From contig JAPPMP010000015.1 in NCBI GenBank assembly GCA_028819005.1, positions 48,897 through 112,896 of the forward strand: a stretch of 64,000 nt of DNA, in the 5' to 3' direction. Below, piece after piece: positions 54,942 through 62,425 of this stretch. The notes under the pieces were generated by a model. The model saw only the letters and a list, made by a program, of their open reading frames with translations, did not search any database and was not told where the DNA came from. The translations under genes were made by a program, and so were the position numbers. The DNA comes from Acidimicrobiaceae bacterium. GTDB taxonomy: Bacteria > Actinomycetota > Acidimicrobiia > Acidimicrobiales > Aldehydirespiratoraceae. Numbering within the stretch: the stretch's first letter is position 1; each line of letters begins with the position of its first letter.

Positions 54942-55772
54942 CTAGTCCACGACCGGGGTTGGCGGGAGTCCCCTGTCGAGCAGGGCGTCGAATCGAGTCT
55001 GGATCTGTAGACGGTACGACGGTTTCGTGGCGATCAGGAAATCCCCGTCGGCGATTCCCTTGAGCACGATCGGCGGCACTTCTGTCGGGTCGATTCCGCT
55101 TTCGGTCATCGCGAACAGTGATTGCCGCACACCGGCCGCATCCTCGCCCTCATTTGTCGGTCCGCCGGGCCGTACCCTGTCGGTGTGCGCGATCTGAGTG
55201 CGGACCGCGCTGGGGCACAACACGGATGCTCCGATTTCTGCGCCCACCGCGGCCAGATCATGAGCGAGCGACTCCGTCATCGAGAATGCGGCCACCTTGC
55301 TCACATTGTAAGGCCCGGTGAACGGCGCTGCCACGAAACCGGCCACCGAAGAGGTGTTCACGACATGGCCGGGCTCACCGCCGGCGAGCATGCGCGGCAC
55401 GAAGTGCCTGATGCCGTGGATGACGCCGTAGAGGTTGACTCCCAGCGTCCAATCCCAATCATCGACGGATCGTTGCCAGCAGAGACCGGCCTGGAAGACT
55501 CCGGCGTTGTTGCACAGCAAGTGAACGGCTCCCCAGCGCTCGTAGACGTCCTCGGCCAACGATTCGACCTCGACGGCGGAAGCGACATCGACCGCGGCCG
55601 CAACCACTTCTCCACCGGCGGCTTCGGCCGTCGCCTCGGCCGCTGGGCCATCGATATCGGCGGCCACAACTTTCATTCCCAGGCCGGCGTAGTGCTCGAC
55701 CATCGCTCGTCCGATACCCGAGCCGGCGCCGGTCACGACCGCAACACTTCCTTGCAGACTGCCAAGGGGCAT
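54942..55772 (-). CDS. SDR-family oxidoreductase
   Basis: It carries the motif VAVVTGAGSGIGRA. ATG 55772 is preceded by GAGGAGG and lies 1 nt after the aceK stop. Confidence 0.85.
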   Translation of the reverse strand: MPLGSLQGSVAVVTGAGSGIGRAMVEHYAGLGMKVVAADIDGPAAEATAEAAGGEVVAAAVDVASAVEVESLAEDVYERWGAVHLLCNNAGVFQAGLCWQRSVDDWDWTLGVNLYGVIHGIRHFVPRMLAGGEPGHVVNTSSVAGFVAAPFTGPYNVSKVAAFSMTESLAHDLAAVGAEIGASVLCPSAVRTQIAHTDRVRPGGPTNEGEDAAGVRQSLFAMTESGIDPTEVPPIVLKGIADGDFLIATKPSYRLQIQTRFDALLDRGLPPTPVVD

Positions 55773-55773
55773 A

Positions 55774-57576
55774 TCAGTCCTCCTCGAAGCGCAACTCTTG
55801 GGGGTAGGGAAAGAAATCGGGAAGTTCGCCGGCGTGGTGCAATTCCTGCATCGACTTCCAGAACTCAACAGAACAGATGTCAGAGTGACGCATTTCCATC
55901 ACCTCGCCGATCACTCGCGGGGAACGCAGATAGGTGCGGAACTCCTCGGGGAACACATCGTTGGACTCGACTGGGAACCATGGCTGATCCGACATTTCAT
56001 CGTCATAGTTCTGGCTGACGGGCATCTTCCGGAAGTTGATCTCGCCCAGCAATGCCAGTTCGTCATAGTCGTAGAACACCACCACCCCGTGCCGCGTAAC
56101 CCCGAAGTTCTTGGGGAACAGATCACCGGGAAAGATATTGGCCGCGGCGAGGTCTTTGATCGCGTAGCCGTAGTCGACCGCAGCAGCACGCGCCCGTTCC
56201 GGTGACATCTCCCGCAGGTAGAGGTCGAGGGGGTACAGCCGTCGTTCGGTGTAGGCGTGGTGCAGCACCACCTCGTCGTTGGTGATCGTTACCGTCCGCG
56301 CGCAATCGTTGCGAAGTTCGTCGATCAGTTCCTCGTCGAAACGGTCCCGGTTGAAACTCAAGTTCGTGAACTCTTGGGCATCGACGAGTCGCCCGACGCG
56401 ATCGTGGCCGAACACCAGCTTGTAGCGCCGTTTCACGTCTTCGGGAGTGGTCCGTTTGGTCGGCGCGAAACGGTCCTTGATGAGCTTGAACACCACATCG
56501 AAGGACGGCAGGGTGAACACCGCCATCACCATGCCGCGCGCGCCCCGCGCTCTTTCGAAGCGAGTGTTGGAGTGTTCCATGTGGCGATAGAGCGCTCGGA
56601 ACAGGTTGGTCTTGCCGTGCTGGTTGTAGCCGATGGACGTGTACAGCTCGGCCACGGGTTTCACCGGCATCAGCGACTTCAAGAAACCGACCACCGCGGC
56701 CGGGCGCCGGCACAGGACATGGAAATAGGACCGCGTGTAGCCGAAGAGACGGCTGGCGTCGGTCTCGGTGAGCAGCACCGCGTCAACCTGAACGCCGGCA
56801 TCGGAATGGACTAGGGCGATAACGATGGGAGCCAGCCGGTTCAACCAGCGGAGACGCCCGACGAGATAGGCGCCCTTGTTGCGATAGAAGATCGGTCGCA
56901 GCACGTCGATCGCATCAAGATGGCCGTCCCAGATCTCTTCGAGCAGGGCTCTGACCCGTTCGGCAACCTTGGCGGCATCGCCGTCGATGTCAGCGAAGTT
57001 CGAGGCCAGCGGGGAGTGCTCGAATATCTCCCGAAGACAGTCGGTGACGGTGCCGTCGACAGGGAACTGCCGGTATTCGCCACGCGTGCCGTCGTCTGCG
57101 GGCAACTTGGTGGGGCCGAGCCAGAGAAACTCCAGTTCTTCGTCGATCCCGATGATGTGGAACAGGCGCCGGGTAACGGAGTTGTAGAACGTCTCGGCCA
57201 GCTCAAGGTCCATGCGTTCCGAGACCAGGTCCACGTAGCGGCGCCGGGCGCCAATCCACACTGCGCGAGCTTCGGGGTCGTTTTCCGACAGCACTAGCCG
57301 GGCCGCGTCGACAACGTTGAAGACAAGGCGTTTATGCAAGTTCAGGCGGTCTTTTGTGTCCTGTTGATGCCCGGCCCAGTCACGCTCGGAGAAACAGCGT
57401 GAAGCCTTGTGGGTGAGCCCCAGGTAGCGCTCGTGGTACTCGACGAAAGCGTCGCGCAGCATCCGTGCAAGACGATCGACTCGCGGGTCTGCCTCCAGGC
57501 GCCGGCGATCCGCAGCGTCCAGTGGACCCTTGTGGCCCGTGTGGTCCGCTGCACGCGACTCCGCTGAAGTTTGCAC
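55774..57576 (-). CDS. aceK: isocitrate dehydrogenase kinase/phosphatase
   Basis: Long collinear matches to AceK were recognised by eye: FYRNKGAYLVGRL, RGMVMAVFTLPSFDVVFKLIKDRFAP, DRVGRLVDAQEF, AANIFPGDLFPKNFGVTRHGVVVFYDYDE and DVFPEEFR. Confidence 0.9.
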   Translation of the reverse strand: MQTSAESRAADHTGHKGPLDAADRRRLEADPRVDRLARMLRDAFVEYHERYLGLTHKASRCFSERDWAGHQQDTKDRLNLHKRLVFNVVDAARLVLSENDPEARAVWIGARRRYVDLVSERMDLELAETFYNSVTRRLFHIIGIDEELEFLWLGPTKLPADDGTRGEYRQFPVDGTVTDCLREIFEHSPLASNFADIDGDAAKVAERVRALLEEIWDGHLDAIDVLRPIFYRNKGAYLVGRLRWLNRLAPIVIALVHSDAGVQVDAVLLTETDASRLFGYTRSYFHVLCRRPAAVVGFLKSLMPVKPVAELYTSIGYNQHGKTNLFRALYRHMEHSNTRFERARGARGMVMAVFTLPSFDVVFKLIKDRFAPTKRTTPEDVKRRYKLVFGHDRVGRLVDAQEFTNLSFNRDRFDEELIDELRNDCARTVTITNDEVVLHHAYTERRLYPLDLYLREMSPERARAAAVDYGYAIKDLAAANIFPGDLFPKNFGVTRHGVVVFYDYDELALLGEINFRKMPVSQNYDDEMSDQPWFPVESNDVFPEEFRTYLRSPRVIGEVMEMRHSDICSVEFWKSMQELHHAGELPDFFPYPQELRFEED

Positions 57577-57617
57577 TGATCACCCCACAGGCTGGTCAAA
57601 GGTGGGATCGTAGCAGC

Positions 57618-58040
57618 ATGGCGCGCCTCACTGATCTCCATGATCGAGCCGAACTGGCCGATCTCACCGCTTTGTACGCCGTCATCGTCGACCAGCGTGA
57701 CTTCGCTCGGTTCGATGAGGTGTTCACCGCAGACGCCCTGCTCGATACGGGTCGGGGCCAGAGGTCGGGTCTGGCAGAGATCACCGATGCAATGGCGGGA
57801 CTGCTTCGCTACGAGGCCACGAGCCACACCCTGGGCCAACAACTGTTTTCGGTTGTCGACGACGCCGAGATCGAGGGAGTGACCTACTGCGAAGCCCATC
57901 ATCTCAGAGTCGACGGCGATGAGCGGATCGACCATGTGATGCACATCCACTACCACGACCGGTTCGTCCCCACCCCCGACGGCTGGCGAATCGCTTATCG
58001 TCGTCTAGTAGTCCCTTGGAGCGCCGACTACCCCGTCTAG
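57618..58040 (+). CDS. SnoaL-like / NTF2-fold family protein
   Basis: The 140-aa product reads ...ELADLTALYAVIVDQRDFARFDEVFTADA...YHDRFVPTPDGWRIAYR, typical of the SnoaL_4 type. Confidence 0.65.
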   Translation: MARLTDLHDRAELADLTALYAVIVDQRDFARFDEVFTADALLDTGRGQRSGLAEITDAMAGLLRYEATSHTLGQQLFSVVDDAEIEGVTYCEAHHLRVDGDERIDHVMHIHYHDRFVPTPDGWRIAYRRLVVPWSADYPV

Positions 58041-58068
58041 ACGAACCTGCTCGAACCGGCGTCGGGGG

Positions 58069-58343
58069 CGGTCACGGCTGGTCGGCGGTGCGTTCGTGGC
58101 GACGTGCTGCGCTATCCGGTCACTGTCACCGGTGCTGGACGGCGGTCACGGCTGGTCGGCGGTGCGTTCGTGGCGACGTGCTGCGCTATCCGGTCACTGT
58201 CACCGGTGCTGGACGGCGGTCACGGCTGGTCGGCGGTGCGTTCGTGGCGACGTGCTGCGCCATCCGGTCACTGTCACCGGTGCTGGACGGCGGTCACGGC
58301 TGGTCGGCGGTCACGGCTGGTCGGCGGTGCGTTCGTGGCGACG
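58069..58343. repeat. 74-bp tandem repeat (4 unit starts at 58069, 58143, 58217, 58291, plus a 17-bp internal duplication) copying the 3' end of the chorismate mutase gene
   Basis: The unit is CGGTCACGGCTGGTCGGCGGTGCGTTCGTGGCGACGTGCTGCGCTATCCGGTCACTGTCACCGGTGCTGGACGG. Its first about 35 nt are the reverse complement of ...RRHERTADQP-stop. Copies are nearly identical. Confidence 0.95.
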
Positions 58344-58595
58344 GATCACCTCGTCGATCACCAGGCGCAGGAACGCCTCGCTGAAAGTCGGATCCAGGTT
58401 GGCCGCCGATGAGAGCTCCCGAAGTCGCGCGATCTGCTGCTTCTCCCGCTCGGGGTCCGCGGCTGGGAGTCCCTGCTGCGCCTTGTGCCTGCCGACGTCC
58501 TCGGTGATCTTGAAACGTTCCGCCAACAACAGAATCAGTGCTGCATCGATGTTGTCGATGCTGGAACGGAAGCGTCGGAGCTGTTCGTCAGCCAT
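58311..58595 (-). CDS. chorismate mutase (AroQ class)
   Basis: The sequence MADEQLRRFRSSIDNIDAALILLLAERFKITEDVGRHKAQQGLPAADPEREKQQIARL is a typical CM_2 domain. ATG 58595 is chosen. Confidence 0.85.
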   Translation of the reverse strand: MADEQLRRFRSSIDNIDAALILLLAERFKITEDVGRHKAQQGLPAADPEREKQQIARLRELSSAANLDPTFSEAFLRLVIDEVIRRHERTADQP

Positions 58596-58659
58596 ACCGA
58601 AATCTACCCCAGCGCGGTGCCGTTGGATACGCGAGCCCGAATCGGCGGTGCGGGTCTTG

Positions 58660-58845
58660 CGAGTTGTAAGCAGTCTCGGCGTGCAGAGCCCACAGCAATG
58701 GAACCACACCCAGGCAGTAGAGGTTCATGTTGAGCACATTTCTCGTGCCGACCATGCCGCCGTAGAACAGCGCCAGACCCGGCGCCATGAACATCACCAA
58801 CGCAGCCGATACCAGCATCCACGCAGTGTCACCAGACGTCTCTAC
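58660..58845 (-). pseudogene. amt: 5' remnant of an ammonium transporter (Amt) gene
   Basis: The frame translates ...ETSGDTAWMLVSAALVMFMAPGLALFYGGMVGTRNVLNMNLYCLGVVPLLWAL, matching the Amt N-terminal TM1-TM2 region. Similarity is then lost, and the frame ends overlapping the chorismate mutase ATG. Confidence 0.6.
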
Positions 58846-58944
58846 CCCCCGACATGCCGGAATTGCCTGCAGATTCGAGCGCCAAGTTTATTGGTGGTCG
58901 CCCACACCAGATGGCAAGTGTGCAACCGGCGGGAGAAGCTCTTG

Positions 58945-59673
58945 TTACGGCAACGTTTCGAGCATGGTCCGCAGGCGTTGTGCGGGCGCGTCGCTCAGTA
59001 CGAGGGCTTCTCCGATAAGCGCTGCGTCGTAGCCGATCTCGGCCAGATCTGCGAGCTTGGTTCCGTTCGGTGTTTCGATACCGGATGCCGCAACGGTGAC
59101 AACGCCCGGCCCGAGTTCGGCCAGCAGGCCCGCCATGCGGACCGCTTTGTGGTGGTCGACGGTGAAGCGAGTGTCGGTGGGGTTGTCCCGCTGGTTCACG
59201 GCGATCATGTAGGCGCCGGCCTCGGCCGCCATCGTCAGATCGTGCTCCCCGCGGATCTCGGTGAGAGCGTCCATGCCCAGGCTCAGGGCGAGAGCCTGAA
59301 GCTCTTCGACTTCTGAGACCGATCCGATGTCTTCCACGATCAGCAGCACCGCGTCGGCGCCCATCGCAGCAGCGTCGTGGATGTGTTGGGGAGTCGTGAG
59401 GAAGTCCTTGCGCAGCACCGGAGCGTCCACAGCCTGTTTCACCGATTTCAGATCTTCGGGGCTCCCGCCGAACCGCGGCCCCTCGGTCAACACGGAGATG
59501 CAGGCGGCTCCGCCTCGGACGTACTCGATCGCCGTCTCGGCAGCTCCGAGACCGGGGCGCAGATCCCCAGCGGAGGGCGACTTGCGCTTCACCTCAGCGA
59601 TAACCGCCAGCTCGGGTTCGGCGATCAATGCCTTGGCGAACCCATGGCCCACAGACTCGGAGTCCAGTGTCAT
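58945..59673 (-). CDS. trpC: indole-3-glycerol-phosphate synthase-like protein, short N-terminus
   Basis: The sequence shows LAVIAEVKRKSPSAG, ACISVLTE, PVLRKDF and a TIM-barrel body. The ATG lies only 3 nt from the 3' end of tRNA-Val, and about 25 N-terminal residues seen in typical TrpC are missing. Confidence 0.75.
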   Translation of the reverse strand: MTLDSESVGHGFAKALIAEPELAVIAEVKRKSPSAGDLRPGLGAAETAIEYVRGGAACISVLTEGPRFGGSPEDLKSVKQAVDAPVLRKDFLTTPQHIHDAAAMGADAVLLIVEDIGSVSEVEELQALALSLGMDALTEIRGEHDLTMAAEAGAYMIAVNQRDNPTDTRFTVDHHKAVRMAGLLAELGPGVVTVAASGIETPNGTKLADLAEIGYDAALIGEALVLSDAPAQRLRTMLETLP

Positions 59674-59675
59674 CG

Positions 59676-59749
59676 TGGGCCGTACAAGAGTCGAACTTGT
59701 GACCTCCTGCGTGTCGAGCAGGCGCTCTAACCAACTGAGCTAACGGCCC
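59676..59749 (-). tRNA. tRNA-Val (anticodon GAC)
   Basis: The reverse complement GGGCCGTTAGCTCAGTTGGTTAGAGCGCCTGCTCGACACGCAGGAGGTCACAAGTTCGACTCTTGTACGGCCCA forms a clean cloverleaf. The anticodon loop reads TCGACAC, where CTGACAC is the usual form. Confidence 0.85.
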
Positions 59750-60041
59750 CGACAGACCCCGAACCCTAGCACCGCTCGCCGACAATTCGGCTCCGACTGA
59801 GCGAGCGAAGCCGCATTCTGTATTGCACAGACGGACCAACACTGCCAGCATCGTCGGGTGCTCACGGACGCGGCCAAAGAGGAGATGGATAGAGCGTCTG
59901 AGCTCTTGACTCATGCCGTCGGCGAGCAGCGGACTGGGCGAAAGACGTTCGAACGCTCACAAAGAACAATGACAAGACTCCGACAGAAGCCCTACGGTTA
60001 GCGGTCGAGCAAATCGAAGGCCTGTACAGAGCGAAGCACAC

Positions 60042-61094
60042 CTAGTCCGCGAACAAACGACTCGGCGTCGATTTCTCCTGTGCTTCTTCGAGCAACCGTT
60101 CGTCCGCCATCTCGACGAAAGTCTCGTCGATCTCTGCCGCATACGGCATCCGGCCCATCTCGATCGCGGACACACTGGCGGAGCACAGACCACCGAACGG
60201 TTCCCACACCACGTCGCCCTCGACCGTGCAAGCGTTGAGTATCCGTCGCATGAATTCAAGCGGCTTCTGGTTCAGGTGCGCCGAAGCGACCCCGGGGGCC
60301 GGGTTGTAAACCCGTGGCGCATGGCGAGTGCCGTCTTTGTTCTTCAGGCGCTCCCGATTTCTGAGGGCCGGGTGCTGCCACACATTGGTGATCCCGTGAG
60401 CATGATTCCAGCGGTATCGCAAGCTCTCCCATTCGGTGCCAGTGACCGCGGTCAAGCCGTTGAGCGAATAGTACGGTCGCCCGTCGGGATCACCGTGCTC
60501 GTTGGCGAAATCGACCAGTTTTTGCATCTGTTCAGCCGGCGGTGGGTACCAGAGCCAGCCCTGGTCGAAATACTTGCGGGTGGCAGCATCTTTCACCCCG
60601 CACGCTTCGTTGGCTCGTCGCCGCGGCAGGCCGGATCTCAGCCACTCGTCTAGCAGCCATTTGCGGGCCGGGACCACTCCGTCCGCTGTCGGGAACTCCA
60701 GACGCCGTGTATAGAAGACGACGATCTCGTTGACTACGGGGAACCGTCGGATCGTCTTTCCGTTGACGTTTCCTGCGATGTGACCGACGCCCTTGTCCCA
60801 GTGGATCGCCTGCACGTATTCCCAGCCGAACTCCGCAAGCACGGGGTGGACGGTCGCCCATCCGATCTCGGTTCCCCAGAACCAGAGCGTCGATGACAGC
60901 TTCGCGCTCTTCGTCCAAGCTTCAACGTGGGGGCGGTACCAGTCGGCAAGGCTCTCGGGTGTTCGGGGATCACCGAAGAATCCGCCGACGCCGTAGGGTC
61001 CGTCCACGATCAGGCAATCGGGTTGCGGCCATTCGCCGTAGGCGTCGAGAACATCCCCTCTGTGGAGGCTGTAGAGATCAGTTGGTTCGTTCAC
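60042..61094 (-). CDS. site-specific DNA methyltransferase (N4-C/N6-A, beta-class motif order), apparently orphan
   Basis: The motif IV-like LIVDGPYG is near the N-terminus. NQKPLEFMRRIL...GDVVWEPFGGLCSASV (motif I) is near the C-terminus. No endonuclease partner is visible. Confidence 0.8.
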   Translation of the reverse strand: MNEPTDLYSLHRGDVLDAYGEWPQPDCLIVDGPYGVGGFFGDPRTPESLADWYRPHVEAWTKSAKLSSTLWFWGTEIGWATVHPVLAEFGWEYVQAIHWDKGVGHIAGNVNGKTIRRFPVVNEIVVFYTRRLEFPTADGVVPARKWLLDEWLRSGLPRRRANEACGVKDAATRKYFDQGWLWYPPPAEQMQKLVDFANEHGDPDGRPYYSLNGLTAVTGTEWESLRYRWNHAHGITNVWQHPALRNRERLKNKDGTRHAPRVYNPAPGVASAHLNQKPLEFMRRILNACTVEGDVVWEPFGGLCSASVSAIEMGRMPYAAEIDETFVEMADERLLEEAQEKSTPSRLFAD

Positions 61095-61358
61095 CGGGCC
61101 CGTCCCAAGCGAGTTGTCGATCAGTGATTCGTCGCACCCTCACCTTACTCGACTGTGCGTACAAGTGTTCGATAGCCAACGATAATGACGTGCTGCACAT
61201 GCTCAGCGTGCTCACCGAACCACAGCCCGCTGACAGACCCTGCGTCAGGGCATGGGAGACGTTGCAGTAGTGAATCATGGTTGATATCGAAGCGTCGCAA
61301 TCATCATCCGCAACAGTTCGTGCCCCAATTGGCTGCCTCATTCGTAGTGCTGCCGACG

Positions 61359-62237
61359 ATGGACGGGTCGCCTCTGGCCGATGGAACGCGCTTCATCGAC
61401 AATCAGCCGCTCGACGGGCCGATACCGACGATCGTGGCGCAGGCTGTCTCGGCGATGCAGCGCAACATGCGCCGACGTTCCGTCGTGGAAGGCGCTGGTC
61501 GCCAAGACATTTGGGACTACCCGGCAGAGGCCATCCGCGAAATCGTCGCCAATGCACTCATGCACCGCGACTACCACCCGACCGCTCACGGCACTCAGGT
61601 GCGCATTTCTCTTTATCCCGATCGATTCGAGGTTGCAAGCCCCGGCGGTTTGCACGGCATCCACGCAGGGCACACTGATATCGCGCAAATCATCGATACG
61701 GACATCAGCAGCACCCGGAACGCTCAGCTCGCACGACTGCTCGGGGATGTGGTCATTCCAGGAACGGGCAGACCCGTGTGCGAAAACCGGGGTTCGGGGT
61801 TGCGTGCAGCGGTTCAAGCGCTCAAGCGGATGGGGATGGGACCCCCCGTTCTGGATGATCGAGTACGCGATCTGGTCGTCACTGTTCACGACGATATTGT
61901 TCACCTTGCCCCTAAGCCATTCACCGTAGGCGTCCGTTTCGGTTCCCCTCATTTGGCTTCCGGTTCCGACATCGATCTGAACGCTCCTGTTTCGACAATC
62001 AGCGCGAGTCACCAAACTCGACAACCGCTCTACGAGCGGACCCCAGATGAACTGATCCGCCTGCTCGAGGCTGGCCCGCGCAGCAGCGTTGATCTGGCAG
62101 CAGCGCTCGGCACGTCGAAACAAACGGTCCTGAACTGGCTTCGCCGCCTCCGAGCCGACGGCATCGTTGCACCCACCCATGCCGAACCCCGCACCCGCGG
62201 CAACAAGTGGATGCTCACACCACGATCTTCGACGTAA
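61359..62237 (+). CDS. HATPase_c_4 + winged-HTH 'RecG-like' putative regulator, N-terminally truncated relative to the family
   Basis: The sequence shows EAIREIVANALMHRDYHP...VRISLYPDRFEVASPGG and a C-terminal HTH (SVDLAAALGTSKQTVLNWLRRLRADGIV). The AlbA_2-type N-domain usual in this family is absent, and the start is uncertain. Confidence 0.55.
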   Translation: MDGSPLADGTRFIDNQPLDGPIPTIVAQAVSAMQRNMRRRSVVEGAGRQDIWDYPAEAIREIVANALMHRDYHPTAHGTQVRISLYPDRFEVASPGGLHGIHAGHTDIAQIIDTDISSTRNAQLARLLGDVVIPGTGRPVCENRGSGLRAAVQALKRMGMGPPVLDDRVRDLVVTVHDDIVHLAPKPFTVGVRFGSPHLASGSDIDLNAPVSTISASHQTRQPLYERTPDELIRLLEAGPRSSVDLAAALGTSKQTVLNWLRRLRADGIVAPTHAEPRTRGNKWMLTPRSST

Positions 62238-62259
62238 CGTTCGCTTGATCGTGGGACCG

Positions 62260-62299
62260 CAGCTTCGGGAACTGCCGGGCGGGGCAGTTCCCGAAGCTG
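62260..62299. terminator. perfect 17-bp-stem hairpin between convergent gene and tRNA-Cys
   Basis: The hairpin is CAGCTTCGGGAACTGCC-GGGCGG-GGCAGTTCCCGAAGCTG. It lies 22 nt after the stop at 62237 and 3 nt from the tRNA-Cys 3' end. Confidence 0.6.
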
Positions 62300-62302
62300 A
62301 CG

Positions 62303-62377
62303 AGCGCCGGGCGGGATTTGAACCCGCGGCTTTACGGCTTTGCAGGCCGTTCCCTTGGTCCGCTCGGGCACCGACGC
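62303..62377 (-). tRNA. tRNA-Cys (anticodon GCA)
   Basis: The reverse complement is GCGTCGGTGCCCGAGCGGACCAAGGGAACGGCCTGCAAAGCCGTAAAGCCGCGGGTTCAAATCCCGCCCGGCGCT. The acceptor stem has one G-U pair, the anticodon loop is CTGCAAA, and the discriminator is U. Confidence 0.8.
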
Positions 62378-62425
62378 CAGACCCAAAATGCTAGCGCCAG
62401 CCGCTTGGCGTGCGACTATGGGGAC

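Noticed and set aside
58069-58343. Regularly spaced 74-bp repeats considered as a possible CRISPR array.
   Set aside because: The units are contiguous with no unique spacers, and the unit itself contains the 3' coding end of the chorismate mutase gene. No cas genes are nearby. It is a tandem duplication, not CRISPR.
58096-59316. A 406-aa + strand ORF, with sibling ORFs at 58016-58384 and 58104-58412.
   Set aside because: The N-terminal part is simply the 74-bp repeat read in frame, giving repetitive Cys/Arg/Trp-rich peptide. The rest is antisense to the chorismate mutase, amt remnant and trpC genes. No family features are present.
59750-62302. An intact integrative element or restriction-modification system between the two tRNAs.
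   Set aside because: No integrase or recombinase, no endonuclease, and no direct repeat of either tRNA 3' end could be found by eye in the interval. Only an orphan methyltransferase and a truncated ATPase/HTH gene remain.
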